Assembly: GCA_030827125.1 (NCBI GenBank)
Contig: JAURFD010000005.1
Location: 53,046-117,045 of the forward strand
Reading direction: 5' to 3'
Source: Candidatus Nanopelagicales bacterium
Lineage (GTDB): Bacteria > Actinomycetota > Actinomycetes > S36-B12
Length of the DNA: 64,000 nt
Below the pieces are notes generated by a model. It was given only the letters and a program-made list of their open reading frames with translations, ran no database searches and was not told the origin of the DNA. Of the stretch, positions 1 to 9,487 are shown piece by piece (within the stretch, counting starts at the first letter, position 1; each line of letters opens with the position of its first letter). The position numbers and the translations under genes were made by a program.

Positions 1-1
1 G

Positions 2-568
2 CTACGCGGCATCGAGGCCTCGCCCGGACAGTTCGGCGATGGCAACTCGATGTACACCTACACCACGCCAGACTCCGTGGTGATGAAGGCCGACTCCGAG
101 ACATTGATGATGAAGGTCTTCGTCAACGGCAAGAAAGAACGCACGATTCCGGTCACGATGGGCATGGACGGCTACGAGACGCTCTCCGGCACCAAGCTGA
201 TCATGACCAAGGAACGCACCCGCATCATGGACAACTCCACGGCGGGCGTCGACAAGGACGATCCTGAGCACTACCGGGTCAAGGTCGACTACGCGATGCG
301 ACTGACCTGGCACGGCGAGTTCCTGCACGCCTCACCGTGGGCCGCAGGTGCCTGGGGCAACTACCGCTTCAGCCACGGCTGCACCTCCATGAGCACCGAA
401 AATGCCGGGTGGCTCTACGAGATCTCGCACATCGGCGATCCGGTGGAGATCACGGGGACACCGTTAAAGCAGAACCCGGGCAACGGCATCACGGTGTGGA
501 ACATTTCCTGGGAGGGCTGGACCGCCAAGTCGGGTCTTGGTGGTGTGATGACCTCGCCGCTGGTCTAG
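2..568 (+). CDS. L,D-transpeptidase (YkuD-type catalytic domain), 5'-truncated by the window edge
   Basis: Frame is open from base 2. Catalytic-site-like motif SHGCTSM (His-Gly-Cys) near the C-terminus. High third-position GC. Confidence 0.8.
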   Translation, partial: LRGIEASPGQFGDGNSMYTYTTPDSVVMKADSETLMMKVFVNGKKERTIPVTMGMDGYETLSGTKLIMTKERTRIMDNSTAGVDKDDPEHYRVKVDYAMRLTWHGEFLHASPWAAGAWGNYRFSHGCTSMSTENAGWLYEISHIGDPVEITGTPLKQNPGNGITVWNISWEGWTAKSGLGGVMTSPLV

Positions 569-579
569 GTCTGCGAGGG

Positions 580-2340
580 CTAGAAGATGGCGTCATTCAG
601 TTCGAGGTAGAGGCCATCTTGCGCGGCGAGAACGTCGAACATGGCGTCGACCTTCGGTAGCTCGCGGGTGAAGAAGTACTCCGCAGCCATCCGCTTGCCG
701 GCGTAGAAGTCACCATCCCCGGTAGCGGCCATCTCCATGTCGAGCCATAGCCAGGCCACGACGACGTGCCCAGCAGCCTCGAGGTAGGCGGTGGCGTCGG
801 CGAGAGCGGTGCGCGGATTGCGTTCGGCCCACAGCATCGCTGTGACCTCCAGCATGCGCTGCAGTCGCGGTGCGAGTGCCTCGGCGTGCGCGGCCGTGAC
901 CCCTCCCTGCGCGATCCCGCGTTCGATGGTGGTTTGCACGCGTTGCGCGAGAGCCATGAGGGCCGAACCGCCGTTCATCGTCACTTTGCGACCGAGCAGG
1001 TCCAGGGCCTGAATCCCGTGGGTGCCCTCGTGGATGGAGTTCAGTCGGTTATCCCGCCACAACTGCTCGACCGGGTAGTCGCGGGTGTAGCCGTAGCCGC
1101 CGTGGATCTGGATGGCGTGATCATTGGCCACCAGGCACCACTGCGACGGCCAACTCTTGGCGATCGGGGTGAGGAACTCCAAGAGTTGTTCGGCAGTGTG
1201 TGGATCGTCTCCATGCTCGAGCTCATCGACGAGCATGCCGCAGTAGAGGGTGAGCGCAAGGCCGCCCTCGACGTAGGCCTTCGAGGCCAGCAGCATGCGC
1301 CGGATGTCGGCATGGTCGATGATCGGGACCATCGGTGCTAGCGGATCCTTGGCGTCGACGGGGCGACCCTGGGGGCGGGTCCGCGCGTACTCCAGCGCGT
1401 GGAGATAGCCGGCGTATCCCTGGGCCACGGCGCCGCTGCCCACGGCGATACGCGCCTCGTTCATCATGTGGAACATGTACGAGAGGCCGCGATTCTCCTC
1501 CCCGACGAGGTAGCCCACCGATCCCTCGTTCTCGCCGAAGTTCAGCAGACAGTTGGTGAGTCCACGCTGGCCCATCTTGTGATTGAGCCCGGCCAGGCTG
1601 ACATCGTTGGGCGTACCGTCCGGCAGGTACTTGGGCACGATGAGCAGGGAGATGCCCTTGACCCCTGGGGGCGCTCCAGGAACACGGGCGAGGACCAGGT
1701 GGACGATGTTCTCGCTGAGGTCGTGGTCGCCACCGCTGATCCACATCTTGTTGCCGCGAACCAGGTAGGTGCCGCCGGGTTGGGGCTCGGCCGTGGTGGT
1801 GATGTCGGACAGCGAGGATCCGGCATGGGGCTCGCTCAGGCACATCGTGCCGAAGTAGCGACCTTCGACCATCGGTGGAACCCATGTCGCGATCTGCTCG
1901 GGAGTGGCGTGGGCGAGCAGCAGGTTGGCATTGGCGTGGGTGAGGAAGGAGTAGCCGGACGTTGCCGCATTGGCGGCCGAGAACCACATCCCGACGGCCT
2001 GGGAAATGGTGGCCGGCAACTCCATCCCGCCGACCTCAGAGGGCTTGGATAGCCCGCCGAGCCCAGCCTCGTAGTACGCCGCGAGCGCGGGTGCGACGTC
2101 GTCGTGGACGTGGACGGTCGTGCCGTCGAAGGTTGGTTCCTCGGCGTCATTGCGGTGGTTGTGGGTCGCGAAGAGATCGGTGGCGATGCGCTGGGCAAGA
2201 TCAAGGATCTCGGTGGCGGTGGCCCGATCAAGGTCTGGGTAGGCCTCCGATTCAAGGAGGCGTTCGGTGTCGAGCCACTCGAAGAGGCAGAAGTCCACGT
2301 CGCGTCGGGACAGGAGGTGCTCGGACATCGTGGGCCTCAA
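580..2340 (-). CDS. Large acyl-CoA dehydrogenase family protein (FadE-like)
   Basis: 586 aa. ACAD-like middle and C-terminal blocks (KMWISGGDH; IHGGYGYTRDYPVEQLWRDNRLNSIHEGTHGIQ) plus an extra C-terminal helical domain. Confidence 0.85.
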   Translation of the reverse strand: MRPTMSEHLLSRRDVDFCLFEWLDTERLLESEAYPDLDRATATEILDLAQRIATDLFATHNHRNDAEEPTFDGTTVHVHDDVAPALAAYYEAGLGGLSKPSEVGGMELPATISQAVGMWFSAANAATSGYSFLTHANANLLLAHATPEQIATWVPPMVEGRYFGTMCLSEPHAGSSLSDITTTAEPQPGGTYLVRGNKMWISGGDHDLSENIVHLVLARVPGAPPGVKGISLLIVPKYLPDGTPNDVSLAGLNHKMGQRGLTNCLLNFGENEGSVGYLVGEENRGLSYMFHMMNEARIAVGSGAVAQGYAGYLHALEYARTRPQGRPVDAKDPLAPMVPIIDHADIRRMLLASKAYVEGGLALTLYCGMLVDELEHGDDPHTAEQLLEFLTPIAKSWPSQWCLVANDHAIQIHGGYGYTRDYPVEQLWRDNRLNSIHEGTHGIQALDLLGRKVTMNGGSALMALAQRVQTTIERGIAQGGVTAAHAEALAPRLQRMLEVTAMLWAERNPRTALADATAYLEAAGHVVVAWLWLDMEMAATGDGDFYAGKRMAAEYFFTRELPKVDAMFDVLAAQDGLYLELNDAIF

Positions 2341-2462
2341 TTCGCTGCGTTCGTCGACCGAGTCAGGATGTCACGCAACGCACCCCCGCGCACCCTTGCA
2401 GGTCGTGGCTGCTCGCGTACCCAGGTGGCAACCGCACGCCGCAAGGGTGTGGAGATGGGGTA

Positions 2463-2693
2463 TCAGCCGAGGCCGAAGGGGTCGATCAGGGTGCCGACGG
2501 GGCCGAGCCACCAGCGGATGGTCCGTTGCGCCCAGCAGGTGCCCCGGTGCCCGAGCGAGGCCTGCACAGCCGCCGAAGCCAGTAGCCCGGCGACTAGGAG
2601 CAGCACGGCGGCCCAGAACAGTCCGGGCAGCCAGATTCCACACACGGCGAGCAGGACACCGGCGACGGCGAAGCCAATGATCGTGGCGGACAT
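2463..2693 (-). CDS. Small two-TM membrane protein, function unknown
   Basis: Internal ATG at 2693 gives a 76-aa protein (MSATIIGFAVAGVLLAVCGIW...) with two hydrophobic helices and high GC3. The longer 119-aa ORF would overlap the qcrB 3' end. Confidence 0.5.
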   Translation of the reverse strand: MSATIIGFAVAGVLLAVCGIWLPGLFWAAVLLLVAGLLASAAVQASLGHRGTCWAQRTIRWWLGPVGTLIDPFGLG

Positions 2694-2805
2694 CGAAGGG
2701 ACCTGCCCCCATCGGGGGTGCTGAGCAGGGTGCCCGGGAATGTGACCGCCCCGGCACTGTGAGGTATCCGGGGCGGTCGACATCGTCGGTGTCGGGGGAG
2801 TGGGG

Positions 2806-4551
2806 CTAGAGGTTGCCCCCACGCTCCTCGAGCTGCTCGCGGTTGGTGGCGGGCTCGCCCTCGGTGTGCAGGATGCCGCCGTGGAAGGGCACCATCACGG
2901 TGGTGTCGACATCGTGCTCATGGAGCGGAGCCTCGATTGCGGCATCGTGCGCGACATGCGCCTGGCCCGCCTCGATCTCGTCATAGGTCGGAGGCACAAT
3001 CGCGTCACCGTAGAACCAGTGCGACAACTTTGCGCGGAGGTTCTCGCGACGGTAGTGCTTGTTGCGTACGCCGTTCGCGTCGGTCTTCTGTGCCGCAGGG
3101 AGCGGCGTGTGGTACGCCTCGACGGCGGACTCGATGACGGCGCGCTCCTTGGGCGTGAGGGGCTCGTGCACCTCGATGAATTCGCCATGCGGCAGGCGCA
3201 GGATGCGTCCGGATTCGTAGCCGTGCAGGAGCTTCTCGCGGTCCCTGCGCTGCAACCCGAGGCAGATGCGCTTGGTGATGAGGAAGGCGATCGGAGGTCC
3301 CACGATGACCGCAATGCGCAGGAACCAGATGATTGAGTTGATCGATAGGTCGAAGGTGATCGCGATGATGTCGTTGCCGCCGCCGATGAAGAGCAGGAAG
3401 TAGAACGTGATCGCCATGACGCCAATGCCGGTGCGCACCGGGGCGTTGCGTGGACGATCGAGCAGATTGTGATCCCGCTTGTCCCCGGTCGCCCACGCTT
3501 CAAGGAAGGGGTAGAGCGCAGCAGCGGTGAACACGATGCCGGGGATGACGACCGCGGGGAGGAAGATATTCCACGAGATCGTGTAGCCGAACAGCACCGT
3601 TTCCCAGTTGGGCATGATGCGCAACATGCCGTCCAGCCAGCCGATGTACCAGTCAGGCTGCGACCCTGCCGACACCTGGTCAGGCGTGTACGGCCCGAAA
3701 ATCCAGATCGGGTTGACCGTGACGAGCCCGCCGATGAGGGTGATGACACCGAAGACGACGAAGAAGAAGCCGCCGGCCTTGGCCATGTAGATCGGCATCA
3801 GCGGGTAGCCGACGACGTTGTTGTTGGTGCGGCCCGGCCCAGGGAACTGGGTGTGCTTCTGCACCCACACCAGCATGAGATGGACGGTGACCAGCGCCAG
3901 GATAAGACCGGGCACGAGCAGGATGTGGACGCCGTAGAGGCGCGAGATGAACTCGGTCCCGGGGAACTCGCCGTCGAAGAGCAGGAAGGCGCCCCATGTG
4001 CCGACGATGGGGATCGCCTGGATGATGCCGCGGGCGATCTGCAGGCCGGTCCCGGAGAGCAGATCGTCGGGGAGGGAGTAGCCGGAGAAGCCGGCGGCCA
4101 GTCCGAGAGCGATGAGCGTGACGCCGATGATCCAGTTGAACTCACGCGGCTTGCGGAACGCGCCGGTGAAGAACACGCGCATCATGTGCACGCTCATGGC
4201 GGCAATGAAGAGCAGCGCCGCCCAGTGGTGCATCTGCCGGATCAGCAGGCCGCCGCGTACGTCAAAGGAGATGTCCAGGGTGGAGGCGTAGGCCTCGGAC
4301 ATCATGACGCCCTTGAGGGGGACGTAGGAGCCGTCATAGACGACCTCGACCATGCTCGGCTTGTAGAACAGGGTGAGGAAGACACCGGTCAGCAGCACCA
4401 CGATGAAGCTGTAGAGGGCGATCTCACCCAGCATGAACGACCAGTGGTCGGGGAAGACCTTCTTGAGGTTGCGTGCTAGGAACCGGTTCGATCCGGTCCG
4501 ATTGTCGACATACGTCGCGACCGAACCGCCAACCTTCTCGACCGTACTCAT
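2806..4551 (-). CDS. qcrB: Cytochrome bc1 complex cytochrome b subunit
   Basis: 581-aa polytopic protein with cytochrome b His-containing helices (RQMHHWAALLF; YGVHILLVPG). Sits in a qcrC-qcrA-qcrB order with a 4-nt overlap to qcrA. Confidence 0.95.
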   Translation of the reverse strand: MSTVEKVGGSVATYVDNRTGSNRFLARNLKKVFPDHWSFMLGEIALYSFIVVLLTGVFLTLFYKPSMVEVVYDGSYVPLKGVMMSEAYASTLDISFDVRGGLLIRQMHHWAALLFIAAMSVHMMRVFFTGAFRKPREFNWIIGVTLIALGLAAGFSGYSLPDDLLSGTGLQIARGIIQAIPIVGTWGAFLLFDGEFPGTEFISRLYGVHILLVPGLILALVTVHLMLVWVQKHTQFPGPGRTNNNVVGYPLMPIYMAKAGGFFFVVFGVITLIGGLVTVNPIWIFGPYTPDQVSAGSQPDWYIGWLDGMLRIMPNWETVLFGYTISWNIFLPAVVIPGIVFTAAALYPFLEAWATGDKRDHNLLDRPRNAPVRTGIGVMAITFYFLLFIGGGNDIIAITFDLSINSIIWFLRIAVIVGPPIAFLITKRICLGLQRRDREKLLHGYESGRILRLPHGEFIEVHEPLTPKERAVIESAVEAYHTPLPAAQKTDANGVRNKHYRRENLRAKLSHWFYGDAIVPPTYDEIEAGQAHVAHDAAIEAPLHEHDVDTTVMVPFHGGILHTEGEPATNREQLEERGGNL

Positions 4552-5657
4552 CCACGCTCCCAGAAACTCGGGCCAACTGGCTCTTGGAAGGGCATCTTGG
4601 CTACGAGGAATCCTTCCTCATTCACGCCGATCGGCAACTGGGGCATGCGCCGAGCCGCAGGCCCAAAGATCACGTTGCCGGCGTCTGCCAGGTCGAAGGT
4701 CGACTGGTGGCAGGGGCACAGCAGGTGGTGCGTCCGATGCTCGTAGAGAGCAATCGGGCAGCCCACATGGGTGCAGATCTTGGAGTAGGCGACGATGCCC
4801 TCGAAATCCCAGCCTTCGCCCTGTTGGGAGCGGATCTCGTCGGGCTCCATGCGCACCAGGAGGATGGCGGCTTTGCCCCGGGCGTTCAGGTTGTGCTCCT
4901 CCTCCTGAATCTCGTTGATGTTCTCCGGGAGAGCGGAGACGAGTCCGCCCACGGGGATTTCCTCGGGGCGGATCTTGACGTAGGTGCCGTCGGTGACGAT
5001 CGGCATCCCCTCGGTCCACGCGGTCTCGCTGAGGACCTCGGACGGGCTGGGGCCGAAGCCGCCGTTCTTGGGGCTCCACAGATCGCGGAGCAGCACCACG
5101 AGAGGGATCGGGAAGAGGGCAAGGGCGGCGATGAGGGTGCGGCGAATCAGTCGGTACTGCCCGAAGCCGGACTCTTCCTTGCCACGCTCGAACTGCTCCG
5201 CGGCTGCGTCGGTCTCTTCTGCGTCGGACGTCATCGTGTGGCGCTCTTGCACGACCTCGACGTCCGGCATGAGCTTCTTGGCCCACTGGATTGCACCGGC
5301 GCCGATGGCGAAGACTCCGAGTCCGAAGGTGAAGCCGAGCGCGGCGTTTTGAGCGCCGACCTCTCCGAGGACTGGGACGTAGGCCATCGTGTACGGGTCG
5401 ATGCCGACGTAGGCGATGACGAAGAGGATGACCATGAGCACCGCGAGCATGAACATCGCGGCAATCTGCCGCTCGACACGACGAGCGGCCTTGGGGTTGA
5501 CGTCACTGGCGCGCGGCCGGTGTGGCACATCCGCGGCGGGCAGTGCGCCGGGACCGGTGAAGAGGGGACGGGCGAGGTCGGTGCCGTCACCGTCGGTGGT
5601 CGGGCCGTGCCCGTGGTCGGGGGTCTCCGCGCTGTCGCGGGTGGTGAGGTCGCTCAT
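4548..5657 (-). CDS. qcrA: Cytochrome bc1 complex Rieske iron-sulfur subunit
   Basis: Rieske 2Fe-2S boxes CTHVGC and CPCHQS. The ATG at 5657 forms an ATGA overlap with the qcrC stop. An alternative TTG start lies at 5678. Confidence 0.93.
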   Translation of the reverse strand: MSDLTTRDSAETPDHGHGPTTDGDGTDLARPLFTGPGALPAADVPHRPRASDVNPKAARRVERQIAAMFMLAVLMVILFVIAYVGIDPYTMAYVPVLGEVGAQNAALGFTFGLGVFAIGAGAIQWAKKLMPDVEVVQERHTMTSDAEETDAAAEQFERGKEESGFGQYRLIRRTLIAALALFPIPLVVLLRDLWSPKNGGFGPSPSEVLSETAWTEGMPIVTDGTYVKIRPEEIPVGGLVSALPENINEIQEEEHNLNARGKAAILLVRMEPDEIRSQQGEGWDFEGIVAYSKICTHVGCPIALYEHRTHHLLCPCHQSTFDLADAGNVIFGPAARRMPQLPIGVNEEGFLVAKMPFQEPVGPSFWERG

Positions 5658-6442
5658 CGTGCCTTGATCCCAATCCAAACGGCGAGTCCGATGAAGATCA
5701 CCATGACGCCGGCGAAGAGGAACAAGCCCTCGGCAACCGGGCCAAGGCGACCGAGGGAGATGCCTCCCGGGCTCGGTGCCTCCTGCAGATTCATGATGTA
5801 GGCGATGACGGCCTGCTTGTCCTCGACCGTCAGCGTCCCGTCACCAAAGACCGGCATGTTCTGCGGGCCGGTGAGCATGGCCTCGTAGATCTCCTGCGGG
5901 GTGGCGTCCATGAGGCTGGGGGCGTACTTGCCCTGGGTGAGGGCTCCGCCACCGCCGGCGGCCTGGTGGCACTGGGCGCAGTTGATGCGGAAGAGCACGC
6001 CACCTTCGGCGACGTCAGCATCGCTGTAGTCGAGTTGCTCGGCTGTCGGGATCGCCGGTCCCGGGGCGAGAGAGGCGATGTACGCCGCCATCTGCGCGAC
6101 TTCTTCGTCGGTGTAGACCGGAGGCTTTGCGCCGGCTTGCGCCCCCGGGGCAGCCATTGGCATGCGGCCGGTGGCGACCTGGAAGTGCACGGATGCGGCG
6201 CCCACACCGATCAGGGTCGGGCCGTTGCTGGTGCCCTCGGCGTTGAGGCCATGGCAGGATGAACATCCCTCGAGGTAGAGCCGCTTGCCCTCGTCAATCG
6301 CCGTTTGGTCGTTGCTCGCGGTGGCTTCAGCCGGGGCCGCCGACGTGGCGACGGCGTACACGCCACCCACGCCGAGCAGAGCAACGAGCAATAGCAGCGT
6401 GACCACGACCGGATTGCGTCGTCGAGCCGCAAGTGCCTTCAC
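5654..6442 (-). CDS. qcrC: Diheme cytochrome c subunit of the bc1 complex
   Basis: Two CxxCH heme-binding motifs (CSSCH, CAQCH), an N-terminal signal/TM and a C-terminal TM anchor. Confidence 0.93.
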   Translation of the reverse strand: MKALAARRRNPVVVTLLLLVALLGVGGVYAVATSAAPAEATASNDQTAIDEGKRLYLEGCSSCHGLNAEGTSNGPTLIGVGAASVHFQVATGRMPMAAPGAQAGAKPPVYTDEEVAQMAAYIASLAPGPAIPTAEQLDYSDADVAEGGVLFRINCAQCHQAAGGGGALTQGKYAPSLMDATPQEIYEAMLTGPQNMPVFGDGTLTVEDKQAVIAYIMNLQEAPSPGGISLGRLGPVAEGLFLFAGVMVIFIGLAVWIGIKAR

Positions 6443-6499
6443 CTGCAGTTCCTTCCCTTCCTGTCGACCGACGTCGGTTGCCGCGCGGGCGAACGACGA

Positions 6500-7108
6500 C
6501 TACTTGAGGATGTAGATCATGAAGAACAGGGCGATCCAGACGACGTCGACGAAGTGCCAGTAGTACGACACCACGATGGCGCGTGTTGCCTGATCGTGCG
6601 TGAAGCGCTTGACCACGAAGGTTGTGGCGAGGACGAGCAGGAATGCCACCAGGCCGCCCGTCACATGGAGGCCGTGGAAACCTGTCGTGAGGTAGAAGGC
6701 TGAGCCGTAGGCGTTGCTCGACAAGGTGATGCCCTCGTGGATCAGTTCGGCGTACTCCGTGACCTGGCCGGCGATGAAGAAGGTGCCCATCAAGAAGGTA
6801 ATGACGAACCAACGTCGCAAGCCCTTGACGTCGCCACGCTCGGCGGCGAAGACGCCGAGCTGGCAGGTCACCGAGGACAGCACCAGGACGGTGGTGTTGA
6901 TGCTCGCGAAGGGGACGTTGAGCTTGGCGGTCTCCTCGGCCCAGAGTTCGGGATTGACCGATCGGAGCGTGAAATACATCGCGAAGAGACCCGCGAAGAA
7001 CATGAGCTCGCTGGACAACCACACGATTGTGCCGATGGCCACGGGGTTGGGTCGATTGGCCGGCGTATGCGAGAACGCCTGAGCCACGTTAGGGGAAGCA
7101 GTCGCCAC
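6500..7108 (-). CDS. ctaE: Cytochrome c oxidase (aa3) subunit III
   Basis: 202-aa multi-TM protein ending in the subunit III signature [15 protein letters not shown]. Adjacent to qcrCAB, as in other actinobacteria. Confidence 0.92.
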   Translation of the reverse strand: MATASPNVAQAFSHTPANRPNPVAIGTIVWLSSELMFFAGLFAMYFTLRSVNPELWAEETAKLNVPFASINTTVLVLSSVTCQLGVFAAERGDVKGLRRWFVITFLMGTFFIAGQVTEYAELIHEGITLSSNAYGSAFYLTTGFHGLHVTGGLVAFLLVLATTFVVKRFTHDQATRAIVVSYYWHFVDVVWIALFFMIYILK

Positions 7109-7169
7109 GTCGCTGAGTCTGCCATGGGGGAGCGTGCTTGGGGAGCCGACCCCCCGATAGCCTTGCCTC

Positions 7170-7604
7170 GTGACCGACCATGGGGCCCAGGAGGGCCAGA
7201 CGCGAGAACTGACCGTCTTGGTCTATAGCGACGATCGGGACGCCCGCCAGCAGGTGATGCGCGCACTAGGTGTTCGCCCAGCGCCGGAATTGCCCGCTGT
7301 CCGATTCATCGAGGTCGCCACCGAGCCGCTCGTGATGCGGACGATGGACGCCGGCGGCATTGACCTGGCCATCCTCGACGGTGAGGCCGTCCCGGCCGGC
7401 GGGATGGGGGTCTGCCGCCAGTTGAAGGACGAGATCTTCCGCTGCCCCCCGATCCTGGTGCTTACGGCCCGTTCGCAGGATGCCTGGCTGGCCACGTGGT
7501 CGCGCGCTGATGGTGTGGCTCCGCGCCCGCTCGACCCGATGAGGTTGGCCGAGCTCGCGGCGCACCTGCTGCGGCAGCGGCTAGCCGGCCTCCCGGTCAC
7601 CTGA
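7170..7604 (+). CDS. Stand-alone receiver (REC)-like domain protein, atypical
   Basis: 144 aa, GTG start. Has receiver-like landmarks LVYSDD (acidic pair), LAILDGE (phospho-acceptor Asp position) and ILVLTAR (Thr). The usual KP lysine position reads RP. No output domain. Confidence 0.6.
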   Translation: MTDHGAQEGQTRELTVLVYSDDRDARQQVMRALGVRPAPELPAVRFIEVATEPLVMRTMDAGGIDLAILDGEAVPAGGMGVCRQLKDEIFRCPPILVLTARSQDAWLATWSRADGVAPRPLDPMRLAELAAHLLRQRLAGLPVT

Positions 7605-7608
7605 TAAT

Positions 7609-7644
7609 CAGACTTTTCGTCCCAAACAGACTTTTCGCCCAAAA
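7609..7644. repeat. 18-bp tandem direct repeat x2 (CAGACTTTTCGTCCCAAA / CAGACTTTTCGCCCAAAA)
   Basis: Read directly. The two units are adjacent, AT-rich relative to the surroundings, and start 5 nt after the stop of the receiver gene. Confidence 0.9.
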
Positions 7645-7693
7645 ATGCTCTCCAGGGCGTCCGGGCGAGGCGTTGTGGGGAAAGGCCGACCGC

Positions 7694-7727
7694 AAAGCCC
7701 CATAACGAGGGTCGCTTCTGGGGCTTT
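7694..7727 (+). terminator. Candidate hairpin (9-bp perfect stem AAAGCCCCA / TGGGGCTTT, 16-nt loop)
   Basis: Perfect inverted repeat read directly, followed by a pyrimidine-rich stretch. The left arm can alternatively pair with TGGGG at 7676-7680. Lies between the receiver gene and trpD. Confidence 0.3.
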
Positions 7728-7757
7728 CCGGTCGTTCTCTGCCCCGCATCGATCGCT

Positions 7758-7815
7758 CACCGGCGTAGTCCGGCAGAGTGATCGCCCACCGGAGTAGTCC
7801 GGCAGAGTGAATGCC
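7758..7815. repeat. 29-bp tandem direct repeat x2 immediately upstream of trpD
   Basis: CACCGGCGTAGTCCGGCAGAGTGATCGCC followed by CACCGGAGTAGTCCGGCAGAGTGAATGCC (26/29 identical). A partial third TCCGGCAG lies at about 7824-7831. The repeat ends about 38 nt before the trpD ATG. Confidence 0.9.
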
Positions 7816-7853
7816 CGATGGTGATCCGGCAGGGCGAGGAGAGGTAGGGCTTC

Positions 7854-9008
7854 ATGACTGAGCACGATGAGTCGGCGTCCGGGACCGTTGAGTCGACCAC
7901 GCCGACCTTGTCGAACTGGCCCATGATCCTGCGCGAGTTGGTGGCGGGTCACGATCTTTCCGCGCAGGACGCGGCCTGGGCCATGGACCAGGTCATGACG
8001 GGCACTGGCACACCTGCCCAGGTGGGAGCCTTCCTGATTGGCCTTCAGGCCAAGGGCGCTCGGCTCGGCGAAGTTTCCGCCATCGCCGACGTCCTGCTCG
8101 AACATGCCCGACCGGTCCCCGTGCCCGGGGTGACGTTGGACGTCGTGGGGACCGGTGGCGACGGTGCGGAAACCGTCAACTTCTCCACCATGGCGGCCAT
8201 CGTCGCGGCGGCCTGCGGCGCAACCGTGGTCAAGCACGGCAACCGCGCCGCGAGTTCGCGCACGGGCACCGCGGATGTCCTTGAAGAATTGGGTTTGGCC
8301 CTCAACCTCGAGCCCGACGCCATCGTGTCCTGCGCCGATGAGTTGGGCATCGCCTTTGCCTTTGCTCAGGTCCTGCACCCCGCGATGCGCCATGCAGCAC
8401 CCCTGCGCCGCGAACTTGGGGTGCCGACCGTCTTCAACATCCTCGGTCCACTGATCAATCCGGCGCGCCCGCGGGCCGGCTTGATCGGATGTGCGCAGCG
8501 GGAGATGGCACCGGTGATGGCTGCTGTTTTCGCCGAGCGTGGAGATCGCGTGCTCGTCGTTCGAGGTGAGAACGGGTGGGACGAAATCTCGCCGTACGGG
8601 CGCACCTCGGTGTGGGACACCACCAGCGGCGAGGTCGTCGAAGCATCCTTGGAGGCTGATGGCTTCGGGCTGTCCGGCATCGCAGCCGACGCACTCGCGG
8701 GTGGGTCGCCCACGGAGAACGCCGAGGTGTGCAGGGCGACGTTCGGGCTGCCTCGCGACCACCCCGACCTGCCGCTGCCGTGCGACGTCGATGTCGTACG
8801 CGATGTGGTGGTCGTCAACGCCGCGGCGGCTCTGTCGACGTACGCCGCCGCCCAAGCGGCCGCGGCTGGATCCTTCCCGCCGCCGGGGTCCTTGATGGCG
8901 CGCATCGAGGCGCACCTGCCCGAGGCGCACGCTGCGGTGGAGTCCGGTGCCGCGGGTCAACTGCTCCGTCGGTGGATCGACACGTCGCAGGCGCTGCGCC
9001 CGAACTAG
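7854..9008 (+). CDS. trpD: Anthranilate phosphoribosyltransferase
   Basis: 384 aa with the TrpD motifs GTGGDG and KHGNRAASS. Sits next to ctaE, as in mycobacteria. Confidence 0.93.
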   Translation: MTEHDESASGTVESTTPTLSNWPMILRELVAGHDLSAQDAAWAMDQVMTGTGTPAQVGAFLIGLQAKGARLGEVSAIADVLLEHARPVPVPGVTLDVVGTGGDGAETVNFSTMAAIVAAACGATVVKHGNRAASSRTGTADVLEELGLALNLEPDAIVSCADELGIAFAFAQVLHPAMRHAAPLRRELGVPTVFNILGPLINPARPRAGLIGCAQREMAPVMAAVFAERGDRVLVVRGENGWDEISPYGRTSVWDTTSGEVVEASLEADGFGLSGIAADALAGGSPTENAEVCRATFGLPRDHPDLPLPCDVDVVRDVVVVNAAAALSTYAAAQAAAAGSFPPPGSLMARIEAHLPEAHAAVESGAAGQLLRRWIDTSQALRPN

Positions 9009-9077
9009 GCCATCCGCTGTTGCCGCTTCGCCGTGTTGTGAACAAGCCGGTGTCGTGCACAAGTCAGTGGTGTGTCG

Positions 9078-9434
9078 CTATCCCGCGTTGCGTTGACGAC
9101 GCGCGCGAACGAGTTTGCGGATCGTGGTCACCGAAAGTGGCTCACCGAGCGGGACGTGCAAGGCCGACTTCGTGCCGCCGTAGCGATCCATGAGATCAGG
9201 GAAGTTCGCGAGGACGCTGCCGCTGTAGGGGTAGTAGCCCACGTGCTTGGTGTGCGCCATGATCCCGCAGACGGGCTCACCGTCGACGATGAAGGTCGGC
9301 ATCTGATACTTCATGACCTCGACGGACATGGGCACGACCTCGAGAATGCGCTCGCGCATCGTCAGCGCGGTCTCGCGCTGGGGTGAGGCGAGGGTCGCGT
9401 AGTACGCGGCGACGTCGGGCGGCGGTGTTCTCAC
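9078..9434 (-). CDS. DUF1801/YdhG-like small protein
   Basis: 118 aa. By-eye resemblance to the YdhG/DUF1801 family (MKYQMPTF..., HVGYYPYSG). High GC3. Confidence 0.6.
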   Translation of the reverse strand: MRTPPPDVAAYYATLASPQRETALTMRERILEVVPMSVEVMKYQMPTFIVDGEPVCGIMAHTKHVGYYPYSGSVLANFPDLMDRYGGTKSALHVPLGEPLSVTTIRKLVRARRQRNAG

Positions 9435-9487
9435 CGGATTAGGGTGACAGATGTGCCGTTCGTGAGGTTCCCGTTGGGGTCGCTGCG

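Noticed and set aside
7608-9062. 484-aa ORF on the minus strand covering the trpD region
   Set aside because: It is antisense to a well-supported trpD gene. Its Arg/Gly/Pro/His-rich low-complexity translation is typical of spurious antisense ORFs in high-GC DNA, and no motif is recognisable.
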